In this document: in pieces, positions 8,622-16,812 of the stretch | Position numbering within the stretch: position 1 is the first letter of the stretch | How the letters are laid out: each line of letters opens with the position of its first letter | DNA from: a virus | Lineage: Duplodnaviria > Caudoviricetes | DNA length: 39,553 nt | Virus record (IMG/VR): IMGVR_UViG_3300017747_002052 | Location: 1-39,553 of that record | Reading direction: 5' to 3' (one strand) | Made by a program: the position numbers and the translations under genes | The notes under the pieces: generated by a model | What the model saw: only the letters and a program-made list of their open reading frames with translations | Told to the model about the DNA's origin: nothing | Database searches by the model: none

Positions 8622-8987
8622 TATCAACCACAAGGGAGGAAGTTGATAGGGGAAACGGTTATAAGTGCTTCCAGTGCTGAACTCTGGGGTTTGCTTCGGT
8701 TATCATTGAGGCGTGCGCTCCCTAAATCCTCAACTACCTAATCAATAGCATACTAAGCGCCCGCATTAGCACTTATACAACTGATGACTGTTGCAGTGGC
8801 TATAGACACTCAGTCAGGCAGGAATTTCACCTTTTTCGGCAATCATCATGTGTATAAATACTAAACTTACTCGCTGCATCTGTGGCTTAATCTATCCAGC
8901 AAACTCACACTAAGTCAATGAGTTGATAACTTAATCTTTCGATTATGCTTGCTTTCTTGTTTCACAGCATCCGCTTTCGGTAAACTT
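8622..8987 (-). ncRNA. Array of structured RNA units (8622-8648, 8660-8777, 8773-8857, 8863-8987)
   Basis: No good ORF here. Successive long closing inverted repeats (e.g. TATAAGTGCT/AGCACTTATA; TATACAC-ATGATGATTG/CAGTCATCA-GTTGTATA) with internal hairpins. Confidence 0.5.
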
Positions 8988-9006
8988 AAATATAATCTAT
9001 TCGTTG

Positions 9007-9189
9007 CTAGTTGTCAATTTTTACGTTTAGTTGCTTTTCAATGGCTTCTTTCCATCTATTTAAAAAGTAATCTAAACCATCCTCTAAGCCACAATCTGTA
9101 CATGTAGCCATTCCAACTCTATTTGAACCGAACACATACCAGTTAAACGGAGAACATTTTTCAGTGTGTTTTTTGTATTTATATTTCAT
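9007..9189 (-). CDS. Small hypothetical protein (H/C...CxxC)
   Basis: ATGA overlap with the upstream gene. Confidence 0.65.
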   Translation of the reverse strand: MKYKYKKHTEKCSPFNWYVFGSNRVGMATCTDCGLEDGLDYFLNRWKEAIEKQLNVKIDN

Positions 9190-9593
9190 ACTGCCATACT
9201 CAACGTGTTGCCAGTGACAAATACTCGCGATGATTTATGCTCGTTGCGTCTAAATCTGTCTGATTCACGTATCTTGATAGCTAACGATTCCATTGTAATT
9301 TTACGCACACCGTTTTTGCTTGGTTTAGGCTCGGCAATCACAATCACTGGCTTGTCTATCTCATATTCTTTTAGCTTATTGTACATGATGCGGTCTTGAT
9401 TGTAAGGTATTTGCCCATCTATTTTTATTTCTGTTCGTTCCATAAATCCACGCTTGAATAAATATAAACAGTGATTCTGCACTAGTGAACGTTTGATATT
9501 GGTTACCTCTACTAATTCAGTGATGGTCTTAGGTGTGTCACATGAAGCAATCAGTAACTTTCTATTGTGGTGCATTAGCTCATATTTATTCAT
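9186..9593 (-). CDS. Winged-helix DNA-binding protein (candidate late regulator)
   Basis: PKTITELVEVTNIKRSLVQNHCLYLFKRGFMER wHTH pattern; lies downstream of ninG, roughly where Q sits in lambdoids. Confidence 0.55.
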   Translation of the reverse strand: MNKYELMHHNRKLLIASCDTPKTITELVEVTNIKRSLVQNHCLYLFKRGFMERTEIKIDGQIPYNQDRIMYNKLKEYEIDKPVIVIAEPKPSKNGVRKITMESLAIKIRESDRFRRNEHKSSRVFVTGNTLSMAV

Positions 9594-9601
9594 ACATCCC
9601 C

Positions 9602-9790
9602 CTAGTTTAAATGTGATTTATCTTGCTGAAAACTGCTGTCTATTAGATTGTTTACTGCACATTGCATATCATCGGTTATGATTAGTTTAGTCTCGTTTAA
9701 GATGGGTAGCGATTCAAGTAAGTTGACTATTTCGTTTAGGCTGTCATCAGGATTTACATCGGTTAGTACAAGTACATGAGTGATTTTCAT
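9602..9790 (-). CDS. Hypothetical protein
   Basis: Coupled ORF in the leftward operon. Confidence 0.6.
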   Translation of the reverse strand: MKITHVLVLTDVNPDDSLNEIVNLLESLPILNETKLIITDDMQCAVNNLIDSSFQQDKSHLN

Positions 9791-9996
9791 TTATTGTTCC
9801 AATCGCAATCAAGTCCACCTTTTACAGTTGCAACGCATCTTGTTCCATCTTCTAAATTAAATTCGGTTGCATAGTTATCAATGTACACCCCATATTTATA
9901 TGTTTTTTGGTTTGGACTGTTATGTAAATTTTCATCATATCTACCACATCCAACTAAGATTAATGAATAAAATATAAATATTAATGATTTTTTCAT
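9787..9996 (-). CDS. Small lipoprotein
   Basis: MKK + hydrophobic stretch + LVGC lipobox; C-terminal C..C pair. Confidence 0.7.
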   Translation of the reverse strand: MKKSLIFIFYSLILVGCGRYDENLHNSPNQKTYKYGVYIDNYATEFNLEDGTRCVATVKGGLDCDWNNK

Positions 9997-10565
9997 TTGG
10001 CTACCTTTTCTAATTCATAACAAAGATTTTTATACTTGGCTTTAATTTCTTTTATGTCGTCTATTGTGTAGTGTTTTGGTGTTTGGTCTGATTCTAATTT
10101 TTGCAATTCTTCCGACCCAATTTTCCTAATAAGGCCCTCTCTGTATCTGATTGCATTCCCCGATAAATGATTGTTGCATGGGGCGCATTGTTTATTGCAG
10201 TTTTTTTCGTCAAATCTAAGGTGCGGAGAGCTTCCGATTGACCGATAGTGTCCGCAGTGATATTGCCCTTGATGATTTCTTCCGCAACTAATACATGGTT
10301 CATTTTCATCTCGTATCCTTATCCACTTATTAAACCATCGCTGTGCATCTTTAAGCCATTCTGATTTAGTTTTGATGCCATCCAATGCCTCCTTTGTTTT
10401 TTTGCGTTCTATGCGCTTTAAATTAGCTTCTTGCTTTATTCTTTGCTCTGTTGCATACATTCCAGCGCATTTAAAGCTACAAACTGTTTGCAATGGCTTA
10501 ACTGGCATAAATAATTTCTTACATTGTTTACACTTTTTATCCTTCAAAGAAGTAGCCAATTTCAT
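9993..10565 (-). CDS. ninG: NinG/Rap recombination endonuclease
   Basis: CxxC...Q.VCS..CA; FNKWIR.RD...CISCG; GHYRS.G..P.LRF...N...QC..CN..LSGN. Confidence 0.92.
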   Translation of the reverse strand: MKLATSLKDKKCKQCKKLFMPVKPLQTVCSFKCAGMYATEQRIKQEANLKRIERKKTKEALDGIKTKSEWLKDAQRWFNKWIRIRDENEPCISCGRNHQGQYHCGHYRSIGSSPHLRFDEKNCNKQCAPCNNHLSGNAIRYREGLIRKIGSEELQKLESDQTPKHYTIDDIKEIKAKYKNLCYELEKVAK

Positions 10566-10893
10566 GCCCGAACCTTTCTACTGCATCCATATAATCGGTG
10601 AACTCTGCTGTAGTGAGTTTAGTTGTGGTGCGTAACAAAGGTAAACTCTCACCATTAACTTCAATAGCATTGCGTAGAAACTTAAAACGTAAAATATCAT
10701 GGGTCTCATCTGCTGTGTATCCTATGTGTTTACCTAATCCTGTAACTAATGCCCAATACCTAGCATTCTGTTCATGGCTGCGCTTTGATTTATACGGCTT
10801 AATCTCTACGCTGTGTTTGATAGTCGTATCAAGCGAATCTATCTGCTTATACAGGTTAGCCTTGTTGTTGCCATAGAGTATGAATTTAATCAT
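10537..10893 (-). CDS. ninB: NinB-like recombination protein
   Basis: KRS.EQNARYWAL...TTKLT..EF..YM..VE pattern; adjacent to ninG. Confidence 0.75.
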   Translation of the reverse strand: MIKFILYGNNKANLYKQIDSLDTTIKHSVEIKPYKSKRSHEQNARYWALVTGLGKHIGYTADETHDILRFKFLRNAIEVNGESLPLLRTTTKLTTAEFTDYMDAVERFGHEIGYFFEG

Positions 10894-11075
10894 TGGATAG
10901 AGTGCTTGTATCGGATTTCAAATGTTACTAATTTAATAATATCTTCTGGCCTCCAGCCACAACCATAATTTAAACACCACCATTCTTTTGTGCCAATCCT
11001 ACGATATTCTAACTTAATACCTTTACGGTAAAGACCTAACCAGCTCATGTCGTTATTCATCTGCATTAACTCCAA
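10890..11075 (-). CDS. Hypothetical protein
   Basis: Packed ORF in the operon. Confidence 0.55.
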   Translation of the reverse strand: MELMQMNNDMSWLGLYRKGIKLEYRRIGTKEWWCLNYGCGWRPEDIIKLVTFEIRYKHSIQ

Positions 11076-11076
11076 T

Positions 11077-11217
11077 TACTTTTTCTAAATGTTGATAAAC
11101 TTCATATAGGGTATTAAAAACATAAGCATCTGAAAGCGTGTAAGCATAATTTTGCTCTATTGGCTCAGATACAATATAACCATTAGCAACTTTCTCAATT
11201 CTAATCTTCGTTTTCAT
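11077..11217 (-). CDS. 46-aa hypothetical protein (MKTKIRIEKVANGYIV...)
   Basis: Hand translation; GGAGG SD; ATGA overlap. Confidence 0.65.
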
Positions 11218-11357
11218 CTCACCCTCCTTGGTTTAACAATCTTCGATTTACACTCTTTGCATCTAAACTTTACTGACTTATCCGCTTTAATCTTAAACTC
11301 ACCATCGTCACGGCTTCGGTATCTTTGGCAATAGCCACAATGTAGTAAACTGCTCAC
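11214..11357 (-). CDS. 47-aa zinc-ribbon protein (CGYC...CKEC, basic)
   Basis: GTG start with GGAGG SD; MSSLLHCGYCQRYRSRDDGEFKIKADKSVKFRCKECKSKIVKPRRVR. Confidence 0.65.
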   Translation of the reverse strand: MSSLLHCGYCQRYRSRDDGEFKIKADKSVKFRCKECKSKIVKPRRVR

Positions 11358-11533
11358 TTGTTTCCTCCGTGTTGTTTAATTACTTCCGCTTTCAACTCAT
11401 CAATATTAAATCTACTGCTTAACATCTCTATCTCTCTTGCTCTTAGCTCTAATCTCATAGCTAATATAAACCTAGCCATGCAGTTAATACATTTGGTATT
11501 GTAAGATGCTGTGTTGCATTGTTTACAGGTCAT
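11354..11533 (-). CDS. 59-aa CxxC...CxxC protein
   Basis: MTCKQCNTASYNTKCINCMARF...; its ATG abuts the TAA of the 314-aa frame. Confidence 0.65.
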   Translation of the reverse strand: MTCKQCNTASYNTKCINCMARFILAMRLELRAREIEMLSSRFNIDELKAEVIKQHGGNK

Positions 11534-12482
11534 TTAATCGCTCTCTAAGCAATTCAAATGCTGTGGCTGCGCAGAGTGGCACTTGCCCGTTGCCAATGGC
11601 TTTAAGTCTGTCCATGCTAAAGGCCACCCCATTAGCCACTCGACCCAATTTGGGTTCAGCTTCCCACTGACTTCGCTCACTGATTGACTTAACGATATCT
11701 GCTTTCCAATTTCCTTCCGTCTTTGCACTGATGGGTTGGATAGGTTGCCTCTGTCTCGGTTGTCTGATGCTTGAGGTGTTGGAAACGTGATTGAATCCCT
11801 CACAGCCTGGTTGATGCTGTACTGTGCATGGTGCCCACTCTTGCGCGTTGGCGTCCATTCTGGTTGCGTCCCCCTTGCCCCCATGTTCGCGTCTGGTGTG
11901 GGCCATTCCTGCAATCTCTTTTTCAGAGCCTTCCTGCTGTTGCTTCCCCCATCCATTCCTGTTGTGTTCGGTGTGTGAAAGAAATTCTCGTTGTCTGGCA
12001 AGAATCCAGATTCTTTCGCGCTCATGTGGTGCGCCAACATCGGCTGCAGATAACACGCCCCATTCCGCATCGAACCCCATCGAGGCCAAGTCTGCAAGGA
12101 CAACTCCAAGTCCTCTAGTAGTGAGCATTGGGCTGTTTTCCACGAATGCGTAGCTTGGTCGAACTTCGCCAATAATCCGCGCCATTTCTTTCCACATTCC
12201 GCTTCGTTCACCTTCGATTCCTGCGCCTTTTCCTGCTGCGCTAATGTCTTGGCATGGAAACCCTCCAGATACAACGTCAACAATGCCTTGCCATGCTGTT
12301 CCGTCAAAACTGCACACGTCAGACCAAATTGGGAAAGGTTCGAGAATTCCATCGTTTTGTCGTTGCGCCAGAACTTGTGCTGCGTAGGCATCACGCTCAA
12401 CTGCGCAAACTGTTCTCCATCCCAAGAGCTTTCCTCCAAGAATGCCTCCACCAGCGCCTGCGAATAAAGACAACTCATTCAC
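11523..12482 (-). CDS. DNA cytosine-C5 methyltransferase, alpha-type polypeptide (motifs I-VIII and X)
   Basis: LFAGAGG (I), GGFPCQD (IV), VENS (VI), PHERERIW (VIII), DRLKAIGNGQVP (X); probable GTG start at 12482. Confidence 0.9.
   Translation of the reverse strand: MNELSLFAGAGGGILGGKLLGWRTVCAVERDAYAAQVLAQRQNDGILEPFPIWSDVCSFDGTAWQGIVDVVSGGFPCQDISAAGKGAGIEGERSGMWKEMARIIGEVRPSYAFVENSPMLTTRGLGVVLADLASMGFDAEWGVLSAADVGAPHERERIWILARQREFLSHTEHNRNGWGKQQQEGSEKEIAGMAHTRREHGGKGDATRMDANAQEWAPCTVQHQPGCEGFNHVSNTSSIRQPRQRQPIQPISAKTEGNWKADIVKSISERSQWEAEPKLGRVANGVAFSMDRLKAIGNGQVPLCAATAFELLRERLNDL
11534..12478 (-). CDS. Overlapping-frame beta-type polypeptide of the C5 methyltransferase (TRD-like xxTP repeats + motif IX)
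   Basis: 314-aa open frame with FHTP/WPTP/FPTP repeats and LNPNWVEWLMGWP; ATGA-coupled to the upstream stop, and its TAA abuts the next ATG. Confidence 0.75.
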   Translation of the reverse strand: MSCLYSQALVEAFLEESSWDGEQFAQLSVMPTQHKFWRNDKTMEFSNLSQFGLTCAVLTEQHGKALLTLYLEGFHAKTLAQQEKAQESKVNEAECGKKWRGLLAKFDQATHSWKTAQCSLLEDLELSLQTWPRWGSMRNGACYLQPMLAHHMSAKESGFLPDNENFFHTPNTTGMDGGSNSRKALKKRLQEWPTPDANMGARGTQPEWTPTRKSGHHAQYSINQAVRDSITFPTPQASDNRDRGNLSNPSVQRRKEIGKQISLSQSVSEVSGKLNPNWVEWLMGWPLAWTDLKPLATGKCHSAQPQHLNCLESD

Positions 12483-12831
12483 AATCACCACTCGCATCAC
12501 ACAATTTAACTTTACGCTTCACCCCGTCTAATCGCACATAATTACCATTTAACATGTGTGCAATGATATATTCACGCTCTTGAAGCTGTTTAAATGCGTT
12601 TAATTTCAATTTTAATGCGGTCTGTGCGCGTTTTTCTGATTCAGTGAAGGCATTATCTATGCTTTCTGCAAAATGAAGCGTTACGCACGCTAGAATTAAA
12701 GTGATGGTCAAGATAATAAAATACCAATCGCCTTGGGTTAATTTGTTATTACAAAATGCTGTGCAAAATGCATGGCGTACATGTTTGCGCTTTAGGTTGA
12801 TGTAGCAGATTAGTTTTTCTAGCAGATTCAT
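12475..12831 (-). CDS. Hypothetical membrane protein
   Basis: One hydrophobic segment (WYFIILTITLILACVTLHF). Confidence 0.65.
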   Translation of the reverse strand: MNLLEKLICYINLKRKHVRHAFCTAFCNNKLTQGDWYFIILTITLILACVTLHFAESIDNAFTESEKRAQTALKLKLNAFKQLQEREYIIAHMLNGNYVRLDGVKRKVKLCDASGDCE

Positions 12832-13493
12832 AGTAAATTACCTTGTTCTATTTTTGTTGGTTGTGTCGGTTCAAACAGTGATGTTTGCTTGCTGGCTTGT
12901 TCGATACGTTTGCAAGCAGCGTTAAAGTAGTCTGTGTCTAGTTCGCAAGCTGTAAGCTCAAAGCCTAGATTGTTGCAAGCGATAGCGTGTGAGCCTGAGC
13001 CAAGATGGGTGTCAAGTATCTTGTCGCCAGTTTTGGCATAGTTGGTGAGTAGCCATTCGTATAGATTTACAGGCTTCTCACATGGATGAATCGGGGATGT
13101 AGGTCTATTGACGTTCTGCCAAACAATGTCAATGTACTCTACTTTTTTGTGAAATGTGGTGGATGCAATTTCACATTTGCTCATGTTCGGATGCCTTACA
13201 CTTTTGTACCAAACTATTGCACCGCCACTTGAGCTAAAGCAATTGTAATAATTAGCACCCCAAACAATTTGATTTACGCTAACCCTTTTCAACTCATCGA
13301 AATATTCTTGATTAGGGGTTTTGTCGTTCCATTTTTCATTCCAGATGCTGGGACTATCAGTCATAACAAAGTTGCCAATCCCATAAGGAGGGTCAACTAT
13401 TGCCAAGTCATAAAACTTATCAGCTGTAGATTTCAGCAAATCTAAGCAATCCATGTTGTAGATGGTTGCCTTGCCTATTGTTACTGGGTTCAA
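12828..13493 (-). CDS. N6-adenine/N4-cytosine DNA methyltransferase (beta class)
   Basis: DPPY, HPCEKP..LY.WLL, ILDTHLGSGS. Confidence 0.92.
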   Translation of the reverse strand: MNPVTIGKATIYNMDCLDLLKSTADKFYDLAIVDPPYGIGNFVMTDSPSIWNEKWNDKTPNQEYFDELKRVSVNQIVWGANYYNCFSSSGGAIVWYKSVRHPNMSKCEIASTTFHKKVEYIDIVWQNVNRPTSPIHPCEKPVNLYEWLLTNYAKTGDKILDTHLGSGSHAIACNNLGFELTACELDTDYFNAACKRIEQASKQTSLFEPTQPTKIEQGNLL

Positions 13494-13494
13494 T

Positions 13495-14118
13495 TCATTC
13501 TCCCTTAATGCTTATCGCTTCGGTTATTTGCTTATGTTCACTTGGATTAGATGCCCCACCAATCATTACCTTTTCTGCTTTTGATTTGTCACCAATCAAT
13601 ACAGGTGTTGTAGCTTTGAATCCTTGATGTAAGTTTTGTGCATCGTAAAGACCTGTTAAGAATCTAGGATATTCTGGCGTTTCATTTCTAGCCTTAAATC
13701 CACGGTATCTAGTTTCGAACTCTTTTTCAACATAAGGCCATTCAGCTTCGCTTTTAGTGCCAAACTTTAACCAACCACCCATATCTAAAATTACTCTATG
13801 GATAATTGGGTCATCAAATGCTACCGATACTTGCGTTCCTACTTGCCTAACTGCTTTGTCAACTTTAGACCAGGCTAACATAGCTGAATCTTGAGTTGAC
13901 CCTTGCAGCATTTTTACAATGTCGGCAATCTTTGGCATAAACATACCGTTATCAGGATTGCGAATATGCCTAAACAATGCTTGTTTCACTGCTTCAAAGT
14001 CAAAATCAATCAATCCTTGAAAGTATAAAACCTTTGCGCCTTCACTCACTGGTTTAGAGTATTGTTCTGCAATCAAGTCTATCAAATCGCAAAAGTCTTT
14101 AAAGTCTGCTTGCGTCAT
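13495..14118 (-). CDS. Replication accessory protein (DUF6475-like; helicase-loader position)
   Basis: F.PKIADI...AWSKV..AV..VG...SV.FDDP.IH.VI..MGGW; follows the initiator. Confidence 0.7.
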   Translation of the reverse strand: MTQADFKDFCDLIDLIAEQYSKPVSEGAKVLYFQGLIDFDFEAVKQALFRHIRNPDNGMFMPKIADIVKMLQGSTQDSAMLAWSKVDKAVRQVGTQVSVAFDDPIIHRVILDMGGWLKFGTKSEAEWPYVEKEFETRYRGFKARNETPEYPRFLTGLYDAQNLHQGFKATTPVLIGDKSKAEKVMIGGASNPSEHKQITEAISIKGE

Positions 14119-14824
14119 CGGTTATATCCTTTTCTTGCTTTCCAAATAATCTTTCATATGCGCGTTCAGTGTTTATCTTGTTTTGGTCTACCGTGTTTTT
14201 TCCTTGTACAGGTTTAGCATACCAATCCGCTTTAAATCCTACCCAATTACGTTCAATGCATACAGTCAATGCTTGCGTTAATGTAATGCCAGCTAAGTTA
14301 GCTTCTCTTACCAGTCCATCGTAAACAGTCTTTGAAACCTTTGGAGCGCGTTTAGATTTTCTTACTGCTAAATAATCATCAACGATTTGTTTATCAATAT
14401 CAGCAAAAAACTCGTTTTTTTGCGTATGTTTTTTAATATGGTTCTTGGTTATTGGTTCTTGGTTATTGGTTAGCATACCGTTCGCATTGCGTTCGTTATG
14501 CGTTCGCATTGCGTTCGCATGATTCCACCTTGCGTTTGCACTATTTTTAGCTTTTTCTGACTTGTTTTTATACTCATTTAATACTGAATCTATGCGTTTA
14601 TGATGCCAACGCAATGCGTTCGCATTAAAGTAGCATTGCAATAGCATTGCAACCGTATCTTCATCACTACCTATTTTGAATGCCAGGATTCCAATATTAT
14701 CTTCTAATGGCGATTCATTCTCGTAGTACATCCACATCAAGCGCAAGTAAGCCATGCATTGAGCATCATTAAGACGTGATGTGTCGCGGATAAAGTCCCC
14801 TATATGATGAGGGTAGTAATGCAT
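14099..14824 (-). CDS. Replication initiator / replisome organiser (YdaU/DUF1376 family)
   Basis: MHYYPHHIGDF..DT..L.....AY.RL...YY..E; contains internal iterons. Confidence 0.85.
   Translation of the reverse strand: MHYYPHHIGDFIRDTSRLNDAQCMAYLRLMWMYYENESPLEDNIGILAFKIGSDEDTVAMLLQCYFNANALRWHHKRIDSVLNEYKNKSEKAKNSANARWNHANAMRTHNERNANGMLTNNQEPITKNHIKKHTQKNEFFADIDKQIVDDYLAVRKSKRAPKVSKTVYDGLVREANLAGITLTQALTVCIERNWVGFKADWYAKPVQGKNTVDQNKINTERAYERLFGKQEKDITDDASRL
14403..14522. promoter_or_regulatory. Putative replication origin: 4 x 11-bp iterons CGTTCG(C/T)(A/T).. (14479-14522), 5 x 7-bp TGGTT(C/A)(T/G) (14439-14473) and an A/T-tract segment
   Basis: Tandem repeats inside the initiator gene, as in lambdoid ori. 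Confidence 0.75.
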
Positions 14825-14825
14825 A

Positions 14826-15020
14826 TTACTGATTCAAGTTTTTAAAGTAAGAATCAAGCGCAACAAGTATAGGTTTTGGAGCCTTTGTGTCTTGCCCATT
14901 GTCCCTAATGTCTGTTAGCCAGTATCTGCTAATCTCTGTGTCTTTATTAATCTTGCTAAAGTTATACAGGCCACTAGCTAGCTTGCAGCTTAAATCTAAT
15001 TTCATCTCTAGTTCGTTCAT
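14826..15020 (-). CDS. Cro-like HTH protein
   Basis: First gene of the leftward arm; GAGG SD before the ATG at 15020; NFSKINKDTEISRYWLTDIRD HTH-like. Confidence 0.55.
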   Translation of the reverse strand: MNELEMKLDLSCKLASGLYNFSKINKDTEISRYWLTDIRDNGQDTKAPKPILVALDSYFKNLNQ

Positions 15021-15047
15021 ATAAACCTCTAAATTCAATGTGACTAC

Positions 15048-15077
15048 ATCTTAATTTATTAATATTGCAAATGTCAA
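15048..15077 (-). promoter_or_regulatory. Leftward sigma70 promoter TTGACA-N18-TAAGAT
   Basis: Consensus -35 and near-consensus -10 upstream of the Cro-like gene. Confidence 0.7.
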
Positions 15078-15145
15078 TAGGTTAATTATAATAAATTCGC
15101 GTTTATTTATTTTTCAATACATTTAAATTATTTTGCAAAAATGTG

Positions 15146-15173
15146 TTGACACAAGCAAAAATATCATTAAGAT
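15146..15173 (+). promoter_or_regulatory. Rightward sigma70 promoter TTGACA-N16-TAAGAT
   Basis: Consensus -35 with an AT-rich upstream region; precedes the rightward early operon. Confidence 0.7.
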
Positions 15174-15206
15174 AGACATATCAACAACGAAAACGAGGTG
15201 AATAAA

Positions 15207-15374
15207 ATGTACAAATTAATGACAAAAGATGATGTTTTAATTGGGCACATAAAAACTGTTAATAATGGTTTTGTTTGGTTTGGTCTTGGTAGAACAGGGA
15301 AAGTTACATCAAGTTTAGAAAAAGCAGTTAATGGTGCTAAAGCTGCTTTTGGTAAAAATATAAAAGTAGTTTAA
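15207..15374 (+). CDS. 55-aa first early protein (MYKLMTKDDVLIGHIK...)
   Basis: GAGGTG SD; hand translation. Confidence 0.7.
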   Translation: MYKLMTKDDVLIGHIKTVNNGFVWFGLGRTGKVTSSLEKAVNGAKAAFGKNIKVV

Positions 15375-15402
15375 TTAAAATAAATTTTAAAAAGGATTAA
15401 AA

Positions 15403-15621
15403 ATGAAAATTAAACATACTGTTCCATATCCAAATGGGCTTGGCAATCAAGGTGCTTTAAACACTTATCCAGTTCTTAACGACCTTGGGAAACTTCACAA
15501 TAAAGGGTTGGCTTTAATAGAAAAACTGGGAGAACTTAAATATTCACAAAAAGATGTTTGCCTTAAAGAGTGGCTTGAGTTTATAGAAGCATTTGAAGAA
15601 TTTTTTAAACCTGCGCCATGA
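15403..15621 (+). CDS. Hypothetical early protein
   Basis: AAGGA SD; operon context. Confidence 0.7.
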   Translation: MKIKHTVPYPNGLGNQGALNTYPVLNDLGKLHNKGLALIEKLGELKYSQKDVCLKEWLEFIEAFEEFFKPAP

Positions 15622-15830
15622 CAATGTTCAAACAAATAACAATACTAGGCATTCAGTTAGACGTTACCTACTCTACATCTCGTGATGCTAACGATAATGG
15701 TGTAGGTGGAGCTAGCACTGAAATAACTATTGAAAGCGTAACACTTAAAGACGATGGATTAGATATTCAAGACTTACTAAGTGATTATGTGATTAGTAAG
15801 ATTAACGATGCAATTATGGAGGCGCAATAA
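15618..15830 (+). CDS. Hypothetical early protein (acidic)
   Basis: ATGA overlap. Confidence 0.7.
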   Translation: MTMFKQITILGIQLDVTYSTSRDANDNGVGGASTEITIESVTLKDDGLDIQDLLSDYVISKINDAIMEAQ

Positions 15831-16036
15831 TGTTTGTTGGAGCAGTTTATTTTAAATATACGCCTAAAGGCTACATAGTAGATGACTTTATTGAATTAAA
15901 TACGTCAATAAAATTTGAAAAGGTTATATTCTGGAAAATAGATAAGGTTGTTAGACTTTTTGGCACATTTAACTTTACACCTATTAAAGGACAGTTCTGC
16001 AAACGACCACATCGTCTATTGGTATGGAGTAAATAA
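15830..16036 (+). CDS. Hypothetical early protein
   Basis: TAATG overlap; GGAGG SD. Confidence 0.65.
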   Translation: MFVGAVYFKYTPKGYIVDDFIELNTSIKFEKVIFWKIDKVVRLFGTFNFTPIKGQFCKRPHRLLVWSK

Positions 16037-16293
16037 TGGCAAAGTGTGATTTATGCAATAAACCATGTCCACCACATGAAATGAAGCAGTTATTAGATAT
16101 TTATAGATTAAATAACATTACTGATGTTTGCACAGCATGTGCAGATTGGGCAGATAATAAAAAGTCTGAAATGCAAAAGGAAATAGCACCAAAGATGCGT
16201 GAAGCAATAGAATTAAGAGCATCAGTTTACAATCAATGGAAGCCAAAAACTTTTATTCAGAAATTTAAATATTTGTTTGATTGGGGTAAGTAA
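16036..16293 (+). CDS. Hypothetical protein with CxxC...CxxC
   Basis: TAATG overlap; GGAG SD. Confidence 0.7.
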   Translation: MAKCDLCNKPCPPHEMKQLLDIYRLNNITDVCTACADWADNKKSEMQKEIAPKMREAIELRASVYNQWKPKTFIQKFKYLFDWGK

Positions 16294-16363
16294 TGAACTG
16301 GAAAAGTATCGCACTAGGCATTGTTATAACGATTGTATTAATTGCTTACTACGGGGGTAGTTT

Positions 16364-16684
16364 ATGAAAGAGCATAAACATGCAGAAGTATTAAGAGCTA
16401 TTGCAGATGGTAAAGAGGTGCAATTCCGTAACGGTAATACAGGCTGGAAAGATGCTGAATTTAGACCATATACACCACTTCATCATGAAGGTAGAGATTT
16501 TGAATGGCGCGTAAAGCCAGAGCCTAAGCCTGATTACTGCCTTTATGCTGGATATAACGACAGCAATGATTTTGGTGAGTTATTTAATTATGAGTCTGGG
16601 CCAATGTTTGGATGGAAATTCAAAATGAAAATAACTATTGACGGTGAAACTAACGAACCAAAGTTTGTGGAGCAAGTGAAATGA
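16364..16684 (+). CDS. Hypothetical phage protein (HKHAEVLRAIADG type)
   Basis: N-terminal motif common in proteobacterial phages. Confidence 0.7.
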   Translation: MKEHKHAEVLRAIADGKEVQFRNGNTGWKDAEFRPYTPLHHEGRDFEWRVKPEPKPDYCLYAGYNDSNDFGELFNYESGPMFGWKFKMKITIDGETNEPKFVEQVK

Positions 16685-16812
16685 CCGACCACACTAAACG
16701 CCAGTATGACCTAGCCATAAAAGATGAGATGGGTTATGGCAATGCTTATGCAGTAGCACTCGTGATGATTGCGCTAGTAGTACCGAATTTAATTACTTTA
16801 ATGATTGGATAG

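Noticed and set aside
8389-8741. Plus-strand ORFs 8389-8613 and 8517-8741
   Set aside because: They run against the operon direction and overlap a minus-strand terminator, structured RNA and a small ORF with a better SD.
11523-12500. Overlapping MTase frames as a sequencing frameshift artefact
   Set aside because: Both frames are independently open over the whole length, each with its own start and stop. A single indel cannot explain motifs VIII and X in one frame and IX in the other.
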